Shown here one piece after another: positions 18,775-28,973 of a stretch of 64,000 bases of DNA. The first letter of the stretch is position 1. Each line of letters begins with the position of its first letter. A model generated the notes under the pieces. That model ran no database searches, was not told the origin of the DNA, and worked only from the letters and a program-made list of their open reading frames with translations. Position numbers and translations under genes: made by a program. Source of the DNA: a virus (Duplodnaviria; Caudoviricetes); IMG/VR virus record IMGVR_UViG_3300020577_007160, positions 115,513 through 179,512 of that record; one strand, given 5' to 3'.

Positions 18775-19291
18775 CTCCAGTTTTTATTCTAACTTGGGAT
18801 TTGAAATTTTTCTTCTCCAAATCCAAAGCATAGCTACGTATAAAAAGCGTACACCTATTAAGTGCCGCCGAACAGTGTTTACAAATAGATCCTTTTAATT
18901 CTGGATTTTTTATATGGGGATATCTTGGTTCTTTAACAATTCCATATTTTCTAACATCTGCGAGGTACGCAAACCCTTCATATAGAAAGGATTCGCATGT
19001 GCAGTGTACACGACAATTCCCAAGAATCAATGCTTTTTTAATAATATCTTCAGGTTTCAAGCCCTTATAAGTTTCAAGAAATTTAGGATAATCATCAAGA
19101 ACAATTCGTACTAAATGTTTTCTTTTAGTTCCCTTACGATCCAAGCACTTGAAATATAATGTCAAAAAATTTTTAATAGGAGTAAGACGTATCCCCCAAT
19201 ACCATACCCTGCATGATGTAGATTTTATTATTTTCTTTCTCTCTTGCTTACGCTGAATATCCTTTAATGTTTGTTCATCCAGTCGAATCAT
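18755..19291 (-). CDS. SWIM-type zinc-finger protein
   Basis: VHCTCESF...ICKH. Confidence 0.7.
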   Translation of the reverse strand: MIRLDEQTLKDIQRKQERKKIIKSTSCRVWYWGIRLTPIKNFLTLYFKCLDRKGTKRKHLVRIVLDDYPKFLETYKGLKPEDIIKKALILGNCRVHCTCESFLYEGFAYLADVRKYGIVKEPRYPHIKNPELKGSICKHCSAALNRCTLFIRSYALDLEKKNFKSQVRIKTGDKIYII

Positions 19292-19635
19292 TTGAAATCC
19301 AATTTCAATTTTGCTAATTTAGTCATTAATTTAGTAGGAGCTATTCCTAGAAATGGATTTCCAAATTCCATTAAATTATAAAGATCTTTTTTTATAACGC
19401 CTGTTCTTAAATATTCTTTTATATTAAATTCTGGTAATTTTACTTTTTCCTGTTCTTCTTTTTTCAGATTTTTTAATTTTGAAAGTATCCTCTTATATTC
19501 CTGATCTAATATTTTACCAGAAAGTTTTAAGTATTCTATATTTTTATTTTTTACGTCTTCTGGATCAACTGCTGTATTTTTTAATATTTTAGATAATAAT
19601 GGATTCTGGAAACCATCATTTAACAGGACTTTCAT
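19288..19635 (-). CDS. hypothetical protein
   Basis: Coupled ORF in late operon. Confidence 0.55.
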   Translation of the reverse strand: MKVLLNDGFQNPLLSKILKNTAVDPEDVKNKNIEYLKLSGKILDQEYKRILSKLKNLKKEEQEKVKLPEFNIKEYLRTGVIKKDLYNLMEFGNPFLGIAPTKLMTKLAKLKLDFK

Positions 19636-20188
19636 CTTCTATCTCTGGATTTAATTGGAATTCTAAGTCAGGAAAAACTAAAGATATCATGTCAAAGTCT
19701 GATGCTTTTATAATCATGCATATTTCTGCTGGTGCATTGGCAGGATCAGGAACAGGGTTTCCATAAACAGCAGAAAATATAATGAAATCAATACCACTAT
19801 AATTGATAATTAAATACCACCATTCTGGACCAGTACTAACATATTTTACCTGATTTCCATTAGCCATTACTTCTTCCGCTATCCGGAATACGCTCAAGGA
19901 ACTTGTATAGAAAGTACCGAGCAGATTTGACAGCGGAACTTTCAATGCATCTGCAGACTGAAGTATACCTCGGACAGAAGTTGAATCCGCAGTCCGGAAA
20001 AACTTCTTAGCAAATTTTGATAAATGATAAAATTTAACTGGTTCAAATACTTCATCCTGAATATCCTTCAATTCGGCTTCATTGAGGTCATAAGGAAAAT
20101 CATGATGTTGTAATTCATCCCAACCATCTATATTATTGTTATATGTTCCCATTCCTCCAGAGGTTGTTGTTTCAGTCGGGTTGCGCAT
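19616..20188 (-). CDS. hypothetical protein, possibly head-processed
   Basis: N-terminal PTE-TTTSGGMG and DLNE-A sites. Confidence 0.55.
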   Translation of the reverse strand: MRNPTETTTSGGMGTYNNNIDGWDELQHHDFPYDLNEAELKDIQDEVFEPVKFYHLSKFAKKFFRTADSTSVRGILQSADALKVPLSNLLGTFYTSSLSVFRIAEEVMANGNQVKYVSTGPEWWYLIINYSGIDFIIFSAVYGNPVPDPANAPAEICMIIKASDFDMISLVFPDLEFQLNPEIEDESPVK

Positions 20189-20597
20189 TGAGTTCTCTTC
20201 TAAAATTTAATAAAGCAACGGAGTTTTGTAAGGTCAAAATATCAGTTCGATAATTAGCAAGAATAACATCCTGAGCAAATAGCTTATTTTCCATTGTATC
20301 AGAACGTTCCTGTAATTTCGTATATAACTGATTTTTCATTGATATTCTATCTGCTAATTTAATATTGGCTTCTAAGATAACTTCTACGAGAACTTTTATT
20401 CTTTGTTCAGAAAGTTCATCAGATTCTTTTTTAAATTTTAATAGTTCATCATAATATGACTTATCAATATCAATCTTTTGCTTCATGTATTCCTTGATTA
20501 TCCGCATGCCCTTCCATATTGCCCCGATGAGAGTTGCGACAATACCAACAACAAGAACGTAACTCCGAATTACTTCAAGTATTGATGTGGTCTCCAT
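20172..20597 (-). CDS. single-pass membrane protein with coiled coil (holin-like candidate)
   Basis: Likely start METTS at 20597; TM YVLVVGIVATLIGAIW then coiled coil. Confidence 0.45.
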   Translation of the reverse strand: METTSILEVIRSYVLVVGIVATLIGAIWKGMRIIKEYMKQKIDIDKSYYDELLKFKKESDELSEQRIKVLVEVILEANIKLADRISMKNQLYTKLQERSDTMENKLFAQDVILANYRTDILTLQNSVALLNFRRELNAQPD

Positions 20598-20760
20598 TGG
20601 CAATTGCGTATAATATAGGAATAATTTTATTATCTTTGTCAAGAACAATTTTAATTTTTAAGCTCACTCCAAGATCTTTTTCTAATTGAAGCAATACAAT
20701 TTTGAATAATTGTTCTCTTTCATCTGAGGAAAGATTTTTAATATCAGAAATCAATATCAA
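20575..20760 (-). CDS. hypothetical protein
   Basis: 61-aa ORF filling the gap. Confidence 0.4.
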   Translation of the reverse strand: MILISDIKNLSSDEREQLFKIVLLQLEKDLGVSLKIKIVLDKDNKIIPILYAIANGDHINT

Positions 20761-20766
20761 TTAAAA

Positions 20767-21444
20767 TTAAATTCCAAAAAACCCAGATTGACCAAATTCA
20801 TCAAGAGGAACTTTCCCGCTGCCTGCGACATACAATTCCGCTATAAATGCTATAAATGAACCCCCAACACTTCCTGCCCAAGTAAAGGATGAACCTGTTT
20901 CCCCTGAATTTCTATAAGCATTCAGCATTACTCTATATGGGTTTGAATACGCAACTGTTCCAAGACCTGTCCAGGAAGTTGGTGCACTAACCCCAGAATT
21001 ATCAACTTTAAATATTGAACCAATCATTCCATTGGAATTAATCGCAGAAGAATTTAAAGTCGCAACACAATTTGTTGAATTCCCAGATGTAAATTTATAT
21101 TGACGAATATAAGGTTGGGTTTGTCCATCAAGTCCTGTTAATCTCAATACTTGAATTGAACACCCTGTGGCTGCGTCATCTGAACAATCAAAATGTGGTG
21201 TTATTGAAGTAGCAGAAGACGCATAAGCATAATAAACATAGAGAGTATCACCGCCATTACTAAAACTATCCAACAGAGTCCAATCAAAAGTCCCTGTGAG
21301 ACCTCCAACACTCACAGTGTTGCTTGCACCAACAAAAGCAATCAATAAATCACCACTTGCTGGAGTTCCTGAATTACCATTATAAGCAGTGGTATCAGAA
21401 GTACTAGCTGAATTAGTAGCTAATCGAGTAGTACTCATTGCCAT
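20767..21444 (-). CDS. virion beta-sandwich/adhesin-like protein
   Basis: S/T/G-rich; GDLLIAFV, APTSWT motifs. Confidence 0.55.
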   Translation of the reverse strand: MAMSTTRLATNSASTSDTTAYNGNSGTPASGDLLIAFVGASNTVSVGGLTGTFDWTLLDSFSNGGDTLYVYYAYASSATSITPHFDCSDDAATGCSIQVLRLTGLDGQTQPYIRQYKFTSGNSTNCVATLNSSAINSNGMIGSIFKVDNSGVSAPTSWTGLGTVAYSNPYRVMLNAYRNSGETGSSFTWAGSVGGSFIAFIAELYVAGSGKVPLDEFGQSGFFGI

Positions 21445-21686
21445 TACAATTCACCTAATTCTGGTTCAAAATATATCTTATATTGATTTAATTCTAATGA
21501 AGCAATTATATCTTCATCAGAAGTTCCTAATGGAAAAGAAAATGGACTTCTACTGCATTGGCGTAATAAAGATCCATTTTCATCCCTGATATTACATTCT
21601 GCTATTATCTTTCTAATAGGAACTTCTTCTTCATTTATTAATTCTGTTGTTTCTATGCTCCGGACTATTTCTATTGAAATACTCAT
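21444..21686 (-). CDS. hypothetical protein (possible fibre chaperone)
   Basis: Coupled between fibre-like genes. Confidence 0.5.
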   Translation of the reverse strand: MSISIEIVRSIETTELINEEEVPIRKIIAECNIRDENGSLLRQCSRSPFSFPLGTSDEDIIASLELNQYKIYFEPELGEL

Positions 21687-23029
21687 ATCTCATACCCATA
21701 AACAATAATTTCTAAACTCAAATTAGCATCTGTAGTGCATCTTAAAATATAATCAGCATTCAAACAAAATACTGGAGTACTTAAATCCAAAACAAGTCCA
21801 GGTTTTGATGTTGTACTTGGAGCAAAAGATGGCAATGTCAAAGGCTGGTCTGTTCCCGCAGTATAAGTTGTGTCGCCACTTGCACCAAACCATAATATAC
21901 ATTTGCCAGAAGTAGCTCCATAACTATAAATAGAACAATGAGTAACAACAATTTTTTTACCAGATCCTGGTGTCCAGATTGCAGTGCCTGTTTGAGTGGT
22001 GGTATAATTTGCAGATTTCCACACCTGCATGGAAGGATCAATCTTTGCTATTAAAAGTCTTCCATAAACATCTGTTATAAAATTAGTTCTGTCGCCATTT
22101 GAGACTGCAGAAAATCCTGTAGTGGCTTTACCCCCGACTTTTACTGGATTGCCGGAATCAGAAGAGTCATGAGCAATATCACCATTAACAGTAACTGTCC
22201 CCGTAATATCATTATTACTTCCAAGATTAACTAATAAACCATCTGTGGTGTTTCCTTGGAGTGGAACTAAAGTATTGGAAGATGCTTCCATTAAAACTGC
22301 TTTTCCAGTTATGGTGGAATCAGTGTCCCCTTCTGTATACTCTACACCACCTCCAAAACTGGTTATTTGATTTCCTGTACCATCAACAACAGCTACCGTT
22401 AAAGGATTGCTATTTGTCAAATCTAAAACATCGGCAACATCTGTTCCATCACTTATTTTGACTTGTCCTATAACATTATTTCCGGACGGTAATGCCACAT
22501 CTGTGGCTAATGTTACTCGTTGCGTAGTGGCACTGACATTGCCACTACCACCTGCAACTCCAGCTTGCCCTACTATTGGGTTTGTCTTTGCTCTGTCAGA
22601 CTCATCCCAATCATCTATAATAGATAAAGAAGCTGCAATCGCAGCTAAGTTGCCTCCAGATTCTAAAGCAAGTGCTGAAGTATTTAAATTAGTACCAGCA
22701 TTAGCAGTAACATTTCCTGAAATACTAACAACATTAGTTCCTATTGTTTGAATAGGAGATCCGTCAGGATAATCAAGATAAATTATTAATTTATCTGTAT
22801 CTGAGTGGGAAGTTGTGTCAAATGTTAGAGACAACGTATCTCCTGACCATGTCCCCCCCTTTAAAGGATTCCCTACTTCATAAATTATGGATTCCTGAGT
22901 TGTATTTATTATTGCTAATATATTATTAAGATCAAAAGTAGAAGTCGGAGTAAAATCTATAGTTTTTGCAGAAGCGTCAAAGGTTGCTGTTGCTGCAAAA
23001 GAAAGATCATTTATATTTATTTTAGGCAT
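21683..23029 (-). CDS. fibre-like virion protein
   Basis: TFDASAKTI..ILAIINTT N-terminal anchor, T/G/D-rich shaft, AHDS.DSGNPVKVGG motif. Confidence 0.65.
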   Translation of the reverse strand: MPKININDLSFAATATFDASAKTIDFTPTSTFDLNNILAIINTTQESIIYEVGNPLKGGTWSGDTLSLTFDTTSHSDTDKLIIYLDYPDGSPIQTIGTNVVSISGNVTANAGTNLNTSALALESGGNLAAIAASLSIIDDWDESDRAKTNPIVGQAGVAGGSGNVSATTQRVTLATDVALPSGNNVIGQVKISDGTDVADVLDLTNSNPLTVAVVDGTGNQITSFGGGVEYTEGDTDSTITGKAVLMEASSNTLVPLQGNTTDGLLVNLGSNNDITGTVTVNGDIAHDSSDSGNPVKVGGKATTGFSAVSNGDRTNFITDVYGRLLIAKIDPSMQVWKSANYTTTQTGTAIWTPGSGKKIVVTHCSIYSYGATSGKCILWFGASGDTTYTAGTDQPLTLPSFAPSTTSKPGLVLDLSTPVFCLNADYILRCTTDANLSLEIIVYGYEI

Positions 23030-23035
23030 AATAAT

Positions 23036-23242
23036 TTAACCAAATATTATTGCTTTTATAAAAGAATCAGAAACACCACCCATACTAACCCAAGTACTTC
23101 CATTATAGAAATACATTTGATTTGTTCCAGTGTCATAATAAATCCTAGCTTCTTCTCCTGTTGGAGAAGTTGGCAATTTCTCTATAACAATATTTTCAAC
23201 AGGAAGCAGTTTTAAGTCCAAAGGACTTTGAATTTCAAACAT
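23036..23242 (-). CDS. small virion protein sharing a module with 1466-2857
   Basis: YYDTGTNQMY[FY]YNGSTWVS shared. Confidence 0.65.
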   Translation of the reverse strand: MFEIQSPLDLKLLPVENIVIEKLPTSPTGEEARIYYDTGTNQMYFYNGSTWVSMGGVSDSFIKAIIFG

Positions 23243-23249
23243 AAGTCTT

Positions 23250-23290
23250 AAAACATAAACGGTATCAAGTATAAAACCGAATACCGTTTA
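23250..23290 (-). terminator. intrinsic terminator
   Basis: TAAACGGTAT/ATACCGTTTA stem plus TGTTTT. Confidence 0.65.
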
Positions 23291-23326
23291 ATATAAAATC
23301 AATATTTACTTAAATTAGTTACTTAA

Positions 23327-24499
23327 TTAATCCCAATCCATAACAACGCGTCGGGTTGTTCTGCGCTTGGATTCGTTGAATCTTTTTCTTCTTGTTCTAA
23401 AACGATTCGAGGACTCATCAGGATAATCTTCGTCTTCGGAATCATCTTCAATGTCGTCGTCACAATCCTCATCATCGGGATCACAGTTTTCATCGTCGTC
23501 ATAGTCTTCAGAATCATCATCCTCAAAATCTTCGTCATCGTCATCTGAATCATCATAATTTTCAAGTTCCTCGATATCATCTTCCAAGTCTTCGATGTCA
23601 TCCTCGATATCGTCAATAAGATCATCGTCGTCAGTTTCTTCTTGAAACCTGTTTCCTCGTCGAGATCTCCATGAAGATTCTTCGATAGCAGTAGCAGCTT
23701 CTTTATCTGCTTTTTTATAATGATGAATTATTTTTTCAAATATAACCCATGCTGCAGAAGCAGCAGTAGAAAGAATAATAAATATTCCCCCACCCATGCA
23801 TATTTCAACAATACCTACAGCAATGCAGATTGCATTGACAACATCTTTAACAGGGAGATTTAATTTAGGTATTTTACCATGTTCCCACCAGTCTATTAAT
23901 TTAGACAATTTAGGATTGTTCTTTAAAAATTCTGTTACTTTTAATAATTTTGAAGTCAATCCGGCAAGAAAAGGAATGCTTGGTGCAACCTTTAATATAG
24001 CCTCAAGGACATCAACAGCAAAATGTGACCAGTGAATCACAGACAGAACAGCACCAATAGCACCGGATTCCACAACAACATTTTTACGTTCATGGATAAA
24101 ACTGTTACCAACAGTTCTAACGTAACGACGAATACCTTCCGTAACCCGTTGGGACTTTTCAGCAGAAAACCGAGAACGACTCTCAACTGCCTGCCCACTG
24201 GACTTGGCAAATATCTTGATAACACTTTCAATTATTCCATCAGCATTATCTTTATTAGATCCCCAACTATATCCTGGAATGAATTTGGAGATATGGGCTT
24301 TTAATGGTTCAAAAATATTCTTATCAACCCAAGCACTGATAACATCCGCTTTTTTCATTATGAATTCTTTTGCTTTCGCTCCGAGTTGCTTGATTGAAGA
24401 CACTGCTTTTTTCAACATGTCCCCAAGACCTTCATTGAGACTGTGTTCATAGAAATCTGCTATTATAGCAGATTCTGATAATTGAGAATAATGTTTCAT
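23327..24499 (-). CDS. candidate head-core/ejection protein with hydrophobic helices and acidic tail
   Basis: MKHYSQLSE start, many x-x-E sites, hydrophobic hairpin, long D/E tract, R-rich end. Confidence 0.55.
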   Translation of the reverse strand: MKHYSQLSESAIIADFYEHSLNEGLGDMLKKAVSSIKQLGAKAKEFIMKKADVISAWVDKNIFEPLKAHISKFIPGYSWGSNKDNADGIIESVIKIFAKSSGQAVESRSRFSAEKSQRVTEGIRRYVRTVGNSFIHERKNVVVESGAIGAVLSVIHWSHFAVDVLEAILKVAPSIPFLAGLTSKLLKVTEFLKNNPKLSKLIDWWEHGKIPKLNLPVKDVVNAICIAVGIVEICMGGGIFIILSTAASAAWVIFEKIIHHYKKADKEAATAIEESSWRSRRGNRFQEETDDDDLIDDIEDDIEDLEDDIEELENYDDSDDDDEDFEDDDSEDYDDDENCDPDDEDCDDDIEDDSEDEDYPDESSNRFRTRRKRFNESKRRTTRRVVMDWD

Positions 24500-24533
24500 G
24501 AATCTCTTTTATAAAATGTGTATTGTGAATTTT

Positions 24534-25253
24534 TTATTCATCTAAAAAATTAGTCTGTTGATTGACGTCAACAAATATTTCATTCGCTAATGCTACAAGA
24601 TCTCGGGTTTTTGTTTTGAATTCTTTTTCATTTTTGGATTCTAGGATCACGTATCCTTCCTGAAATAAATCCGAATTCAATTCGTTCAACTCTAGTAAAA
24701 GTTCTTGTGGTAAAGTTTCTCCAGAAACTTTTTCGGATAACTCATTAAAAATGACATAATGAGTCAAAGAAGAATTCATTGCTTTCAACAATGTGAAAAT
24801 ATCTTCTCTGCTATATGACTCTTTTTTTAATAAATCTCTTATGTTTTTCTGACAGGGTTTAGTATTGAAAGATTCCTGAGCATCTTTTAAAGCCCTTAGA
24901 TACTTCTGACGATAACGAACCCAACGTCTCTTGGCTATTCTACTCAGATTTCTATTGATTCGTTTTTCAACGATTTCAGACTTAACGTCTGAAACAGGAA
25001 AACAGTATTCGCACAATATATTATAAAATTCTAAATCTTCTTTCTGATAAGAATCTTCTTCAGTAGAAACTATTTCCAATACGGAATTTATAATTTGTTC
25101 CGAAAGGCTCTGCGATATTGATTTTTCTTTCAGAACAAAAGAATCAAGCACACTCAGAAAATTAGTACAATCAATAGATTCCTGAGGATTTCTACTACCT
25201 GAAATTTTTAATTCAGTTTTGACTTCCTGTAAAATCTTAGGGTTAACAATCAT
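24534..25253 (-). CDS. probable prohead core protein
   Basis: Directly after portal; basic helix RIAKRRWVRYRQKY; positional analogy to T4 gp67/gp68. Confidence 0.4.
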   Translation of the reverse strand: MIVNPKILQEVKTELKISGSRNPQESIDCTNFLSVLDSFVLKEKSISQSLSEQIINSVLEIVSTEEDSYQKEDLEFYNILCEYCFPVSDVKSEIVEKRINRNLSRIAKRRWVRYRQKYLRALKDAQESFNTKPCQKNIRDLLKKESYSREDIFTLLKAMNSSLTHYVIFNELSEKVSGETLPQELLLELNELNSDLFQEGYVILESKNEKEFKTKTRDLVALANEIFVDVNQQTNFLDE

Positions 25254-26911
25254 TATTCTATTCCAATAGTGTTGGATTTTTCTTTTAAATTTTTTAATCT
25301 CTTGAGTTTATTATAACTGAACTTCTGGTCTTCCTGTAAGCCACGCAGGTCATCGTGATAAAGTATGTCCAATTCACTAGCTTTGAGATCTTTAGAAATT
25401 CGATTATTTTTCACTCTTTCAATATCTTCCCGCAGGGAAGGCTGCTGGGAAAGAATATCCTGAATCTTTCTATCAATGGATTCATCCGACGGAGTCTCTA
25501 CGGTTTCCTTTTTGAATAAAGAATCTATTTCAAAATTAGGGAATTTTAAATAATTAGTCACAAGATATTTTGCAAGATATTCCTTATCAACATTATCCTG
25601 ATCAAAAAATGTTTTAATATTATTACAAATATCTATGATTGCATTCAATGCATCATTTCTATCAAGTTCCCCGTTAGTTGAGACCGGAACAAGATGAATC
25701 GAAAATTTTGAAGTATCAGGTTCTAAATTGTGGAGAACTAATTCTACCTGACAGAGAACTGTTAATCCTGAAATTAGGGCTTTCTGCAAAGAAACAATTT
25801 TTCGTGCATAACGAGTATCTAATGCTATCAAGCTATTGAAGGATTGTGCTTCGTCAAAACTAACATAGGACTTTGGTATTCCCAGTACTCCGAATCGTTG
25901 AGACGTTAAATAATCAATATCCGCAATTCCCGTAACATCAACATTCCCCCCAATATCATTGATTTCAGACTGACCTTTACCATCATTGTCCTTAGGGACA
26001 AATAATTCACGAAAGAAATTAAGATCTTTATGAGTTATGTTTGCCCTATCTTTGTCAAAATTTATTCCTGGAGCATTGCTGATATTATTCTGATAATCTT
26101 TCATTATCTTCTTGCGTTGGTCTACGACGGTCATGTCCCCAACGTTCACACTATGAATACGATAAACCATTGATCGAGCTAATCGAGTCAATGCTAACGC
26201 ATCATTGATGAGAGATATTCTTTTTTCTACTTTTCGTGCTTTGAGAAACGTGCTTGAACCATACAAAGGATTCTTGTCTATTTCATACGAAGCATAAACT
26301 TCCTCAGGCAAAAGATCCTCCACGACTCTGTAGCGAGGAGTTCGGAAGTGAACAATGGAATACGGGGGTAACGTAGAATCCCCATCTAACCCCCCTGCGC
26401 GGCTTCTATAGCGATGAAGATCTAAAAACCCCAACAGAGTCCCCTGTGACTCCAAACGGCACACCTGTGACGGAAACAACGTATCATCCACGGATTTGAT
26501 GAGACCTTCTCCTGGATTTATCTTGAGGAAAAAATCCCCATACTTATAAATCTCTCGTGCCCAACGCCACAGTTTTTCTTCTACTTTTATTCTACTGAAT
26601 AATTTATTTATCACGGTTTCATATGCTGGATCTTCTGATTTACACCATAAACTCTTTCCCGTATTAAGATCCATTTGAGTTGCATCGTCTGCACCCATGT
26701 CCAGAACAGTAGAAATAATATCATTATCCAGATCATCCATATCCTTATAGATTTTTGATCTCTCATTTAATGCTGCAGTATTTTCCTGATAGTACTGGGA
26801 TACGGGGTCTCGATAATTATAAAAATTACTGGTATCTGTTGTTCTTTTCCGTAATTCTCCTATGTCGGAATTACCACGTAATCTTTTTACTATATTATCA
26901 ATAAACTTCAT
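25253..26911 (-). CDS. portal protein (T4 gp20-like)
   Basis: YKDMDDLD..I...LD..ADD, YKYGDFF, IVHFR, DAL.L.RL.RS, DIDYL...LGIPKSY. Confidence 0.9.
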   Translation of the reverse strand: MKFIDNIVKRLRGNSDIGELRKRTTDTSNFYNYRDPVSQYYQENTAALNERSKIYKDMDDLDNDIISTVLDMGADDATQMDLNTGKSLWCKSEDPAYETVINKLFSRIKVEEKLWRWAREIYKYGDFFLKINPGEGLIKSVDDTLFPSQVCRLESQGTLLGFLDLHRYRSRAGGLDGDSTLPPYSIVHFRTPRYRVVEDLLPEEVYASYEIDKNPLYGSSTFLKARKVEKRISLINDALALTRLARSMVYRIHSVNVGDMTVVDQRKKIMKDYQNNISNAPGINFDKDRANITHKDLNFFRELFVPKDNDGKGQSEINDIGGNVDVTGIADIDYLTSQRFGVLGIPKSYVSFDEAQSFNSLIALDTRYARKIVSLQKALISGLTVLCQVELVLHNLEPDTSKFSIHLVPVSTNGELDRNDALNAIIDICNNIKTFFDQDNVDKEYLAKYLVTNYLKFPNFEIDSLFKKETVETPSDESIDRKIQDILSQQPSLREDIERVKNNRISKDLKASELDILYHDDLRGLQEDQKFSYNKLKRLKNLKEKSNTIGIE

Positions 26912-26912
26912 A

Positions 26913-28973
26913 CTAGGATTGCTTTCGAAAACGATTTAAAATATTCTGTTTTTCCTGAGAACTCAGGTAATCCTCAAATTGAAAATCCAGATCTTCACTG
27001 TTAGGACTTTCCTGATCTCCATAAATATCAACTGCTGATGGAAGAAAACGCTTCAATGACGTTTTCTCTTTGAGAGTCATTTTAACGAAAGAAAATATTG
27101 AACCGCAGACTGCATCTGCAAGGTCTTTCCGTCCCTTTTCTTTATTTGAAAATAATAAGGGGTGATCAACTTTCTTTTTATCTTTATAATGGATTAATTC
27201 TGATGCCTCCAAAATCAAATCTTCACTAGTATAAAACTCAAACCGATGAGAATCAATGAGATCTTTCCAGGAAATATAAGGAATATCAGTTTTGTCCACT
27301 GATAATAATTCAGTATTGAATCCGAGTTGCTGAAGTTGTTGCATCAGAACAGTGGATTGATATCCGTCAAAAGTAACTTTGAATATTGTTAAATTAAAAA
27401 CTCTTTTTAATTCATGAATAAAATTAACAATTCGCATCAATGGGATTTGCTGACCTTCTTTGGGTAAAATCCGAAACATCAATTCTGTTCTATACTTTTC
27501 TTCTATATCAACCTGGAGTTCCCCTTGCTGATTGATGTTTTCTACTACCCCAATATCATAAATTGTTGACATTGCGAATCCTAAAGCATCTCCCGAAACT
27601 CCAACATCAACATGAATGCATCGGGGAAAGGAAGTCCCCACAACATCAAGATAATCTTTAAATACGCCAACATTAACATAATTCATTATACGATCACTGG
27701 AGTCAGAAAAATCTAAATGAAATGCTGATTTTTTAACAGGGGATAACCACTCATTATTATCTTTGATGATATGCTTCATGCATTGACGCAGATTAGCCCT
27801 ATTGGAAATGAGGCTCAATTGTCCATATGTACTGATTCCTGCAATATCCCGAATTGAATTATTTAATTGACGGGAAAATGATGTTCCGAATTCAATAGGT
27901 ACTTCTATTATTCTATACCCATCAGGATATTCAGCATCCTTTTGAGAAGGATCAACAATATACTTACCTGTTTTAGTATCCTGAACTATTGGAGATATAA
28001 TTCGTGAATCTGAATATTGATCCCCAATCATAACTTTGAAGGTTTCTCCAGAATAAATGTTCAAATGTTCTTTGAACTTCCAGATTGGTTCATCAATAGT
28101 ATAACACTGCGGATTAGATTTATTGTTCTCGATGTGAACTTCTAAAAATGATGAAGTTTCTTTTTTGGAAGAAACAATGTACAATTGTCCTGGAATGTCC
28201 CCTCCAGTTCCCATGAATCGAGACTCCATTCTTCGAAGAATACCCGTATAAGTTTCCATGATGTTAGACGTTGCTACGTCCTCTCCGATTCGAAAGAAGT
28301 TTGCTTCATCGATAAGTCCGCCAAAGAGATTGTACCCCAAGCCGTGAGTGAACTTTGAGCCAATCATCACTGCGATATTCTTCTTGAAAAACAGACCTTC
28401 TGTTATTTTCTTTTCTCTTCCTTTGAGAATATGATCTAAGAAAAATGGAGATAAATCTACCAATGCTGACATCTTATTAAACGTCACATCAGCAGCAAGG
28501 GTAAGAACAATGCTAAAAAATGCAAATGCTATAATATCATCTGTTATTATATTATAGTACGATTGTGGATTTTTTAAGCACAATAACTTATGAATCTGAT
28601 ACAATATTGATGCTACGCCAATGGAAGTTTTCCCTGCTCCGATTGGTCCAGTAAAAAATACTTCTAATATCTTATTTTCTGGATTACAATAAAATTTCAT
28701 ATGGTCAAACCATCGGGGAAATATGTTGTTCCCTAAGGTTGCACCAAGATAATCCTTTGAATAAACAAACGTCTCAATATCAACGGGTTCTTGTTCATAA
28801 TCATATAATTTCAATATCTTCCAAGAAGGGGAATATCCGTAAGAAGAAAGTTCTCGTAGAATTGTTAAAACATATTGTTTTTCGACAGTGTTTAAATTCT
28901 TAAAATAATCCGAACTGTTATTATTTAATCCTGTTAGAACCTGAGTGATGAGTTGTTGATTATCTTCGGTCAT
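26913..28973 (-). CDS. terL: terminase large subunit
   Basis: Walker A GPIGAGKT, Walker B GLIDEANF, nuclease HVDVG, TFDGYQS, KDLADAVCG. Confidence 0.92.
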   Translation of the reverse strand: MTEDNQQLITQVLTGLNNNSSDYFKNLNTVEKQYVLTILRELSSYGYSPSWKILKLYDYEQEPVDIETFVYSKDYLGATLGNNIFPRWFDHMKFYCNPENKILEVFFTGPIGAGKTSIGVASILYQIHKLLCLKNPQSYYNIITDDIIAFAFFSIVLTLAADVTFNKMSALVDLSPFFLDHILKGREKKITEGLFFKKNIAVMIGSKFTHGLGYNLFGGLIDEANFFRIGEDVATSNIMETYTGILRRMESRFMGTGGDIPGQLYIVSSKKETSSFLEVHIENNKSNPQCYTIDEPIWKFKEHLNIYSGETFKVMIGDQYSDSRIISPIVQDTKTGKYIVDPSQKDAEYPDGYRIIEVPIEFGTSFSRQLNNSIRDIAGISTYGQLSLISNRANLRQCMKHIIKDNNEWLSPVKKSAFHLDFSDSSDRIMNYVNVGVFKDYLDVVGTSFPRCIHVDVGVSGDALGFAMSTIYDIGVVENINQQGELQVDIEEKYRTELMFRILPKEGQQIPLMRIVNFIHELKRVFNLTIFKVTFDGYQSTVLMQQLQQLGFNTELLSVDKTDIPYISWKDLIDSHRFEFYTSEDLILEASELIHYKDKKKVDHPLLFSNKEKGRKDLADAVCGSIFSFVKMTLKEKTSLKRFLPSAVDIYGDQESPNSEDLDFQFEDYLSSQEKQNILNRFRKQS

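Noticed and set aside
23323-23625. M/T/I/K-rich ORF overlapping 23327-24499
   Set aside because: Alternate-frame product of the GAT/GAC/GAA-rich acidic tract
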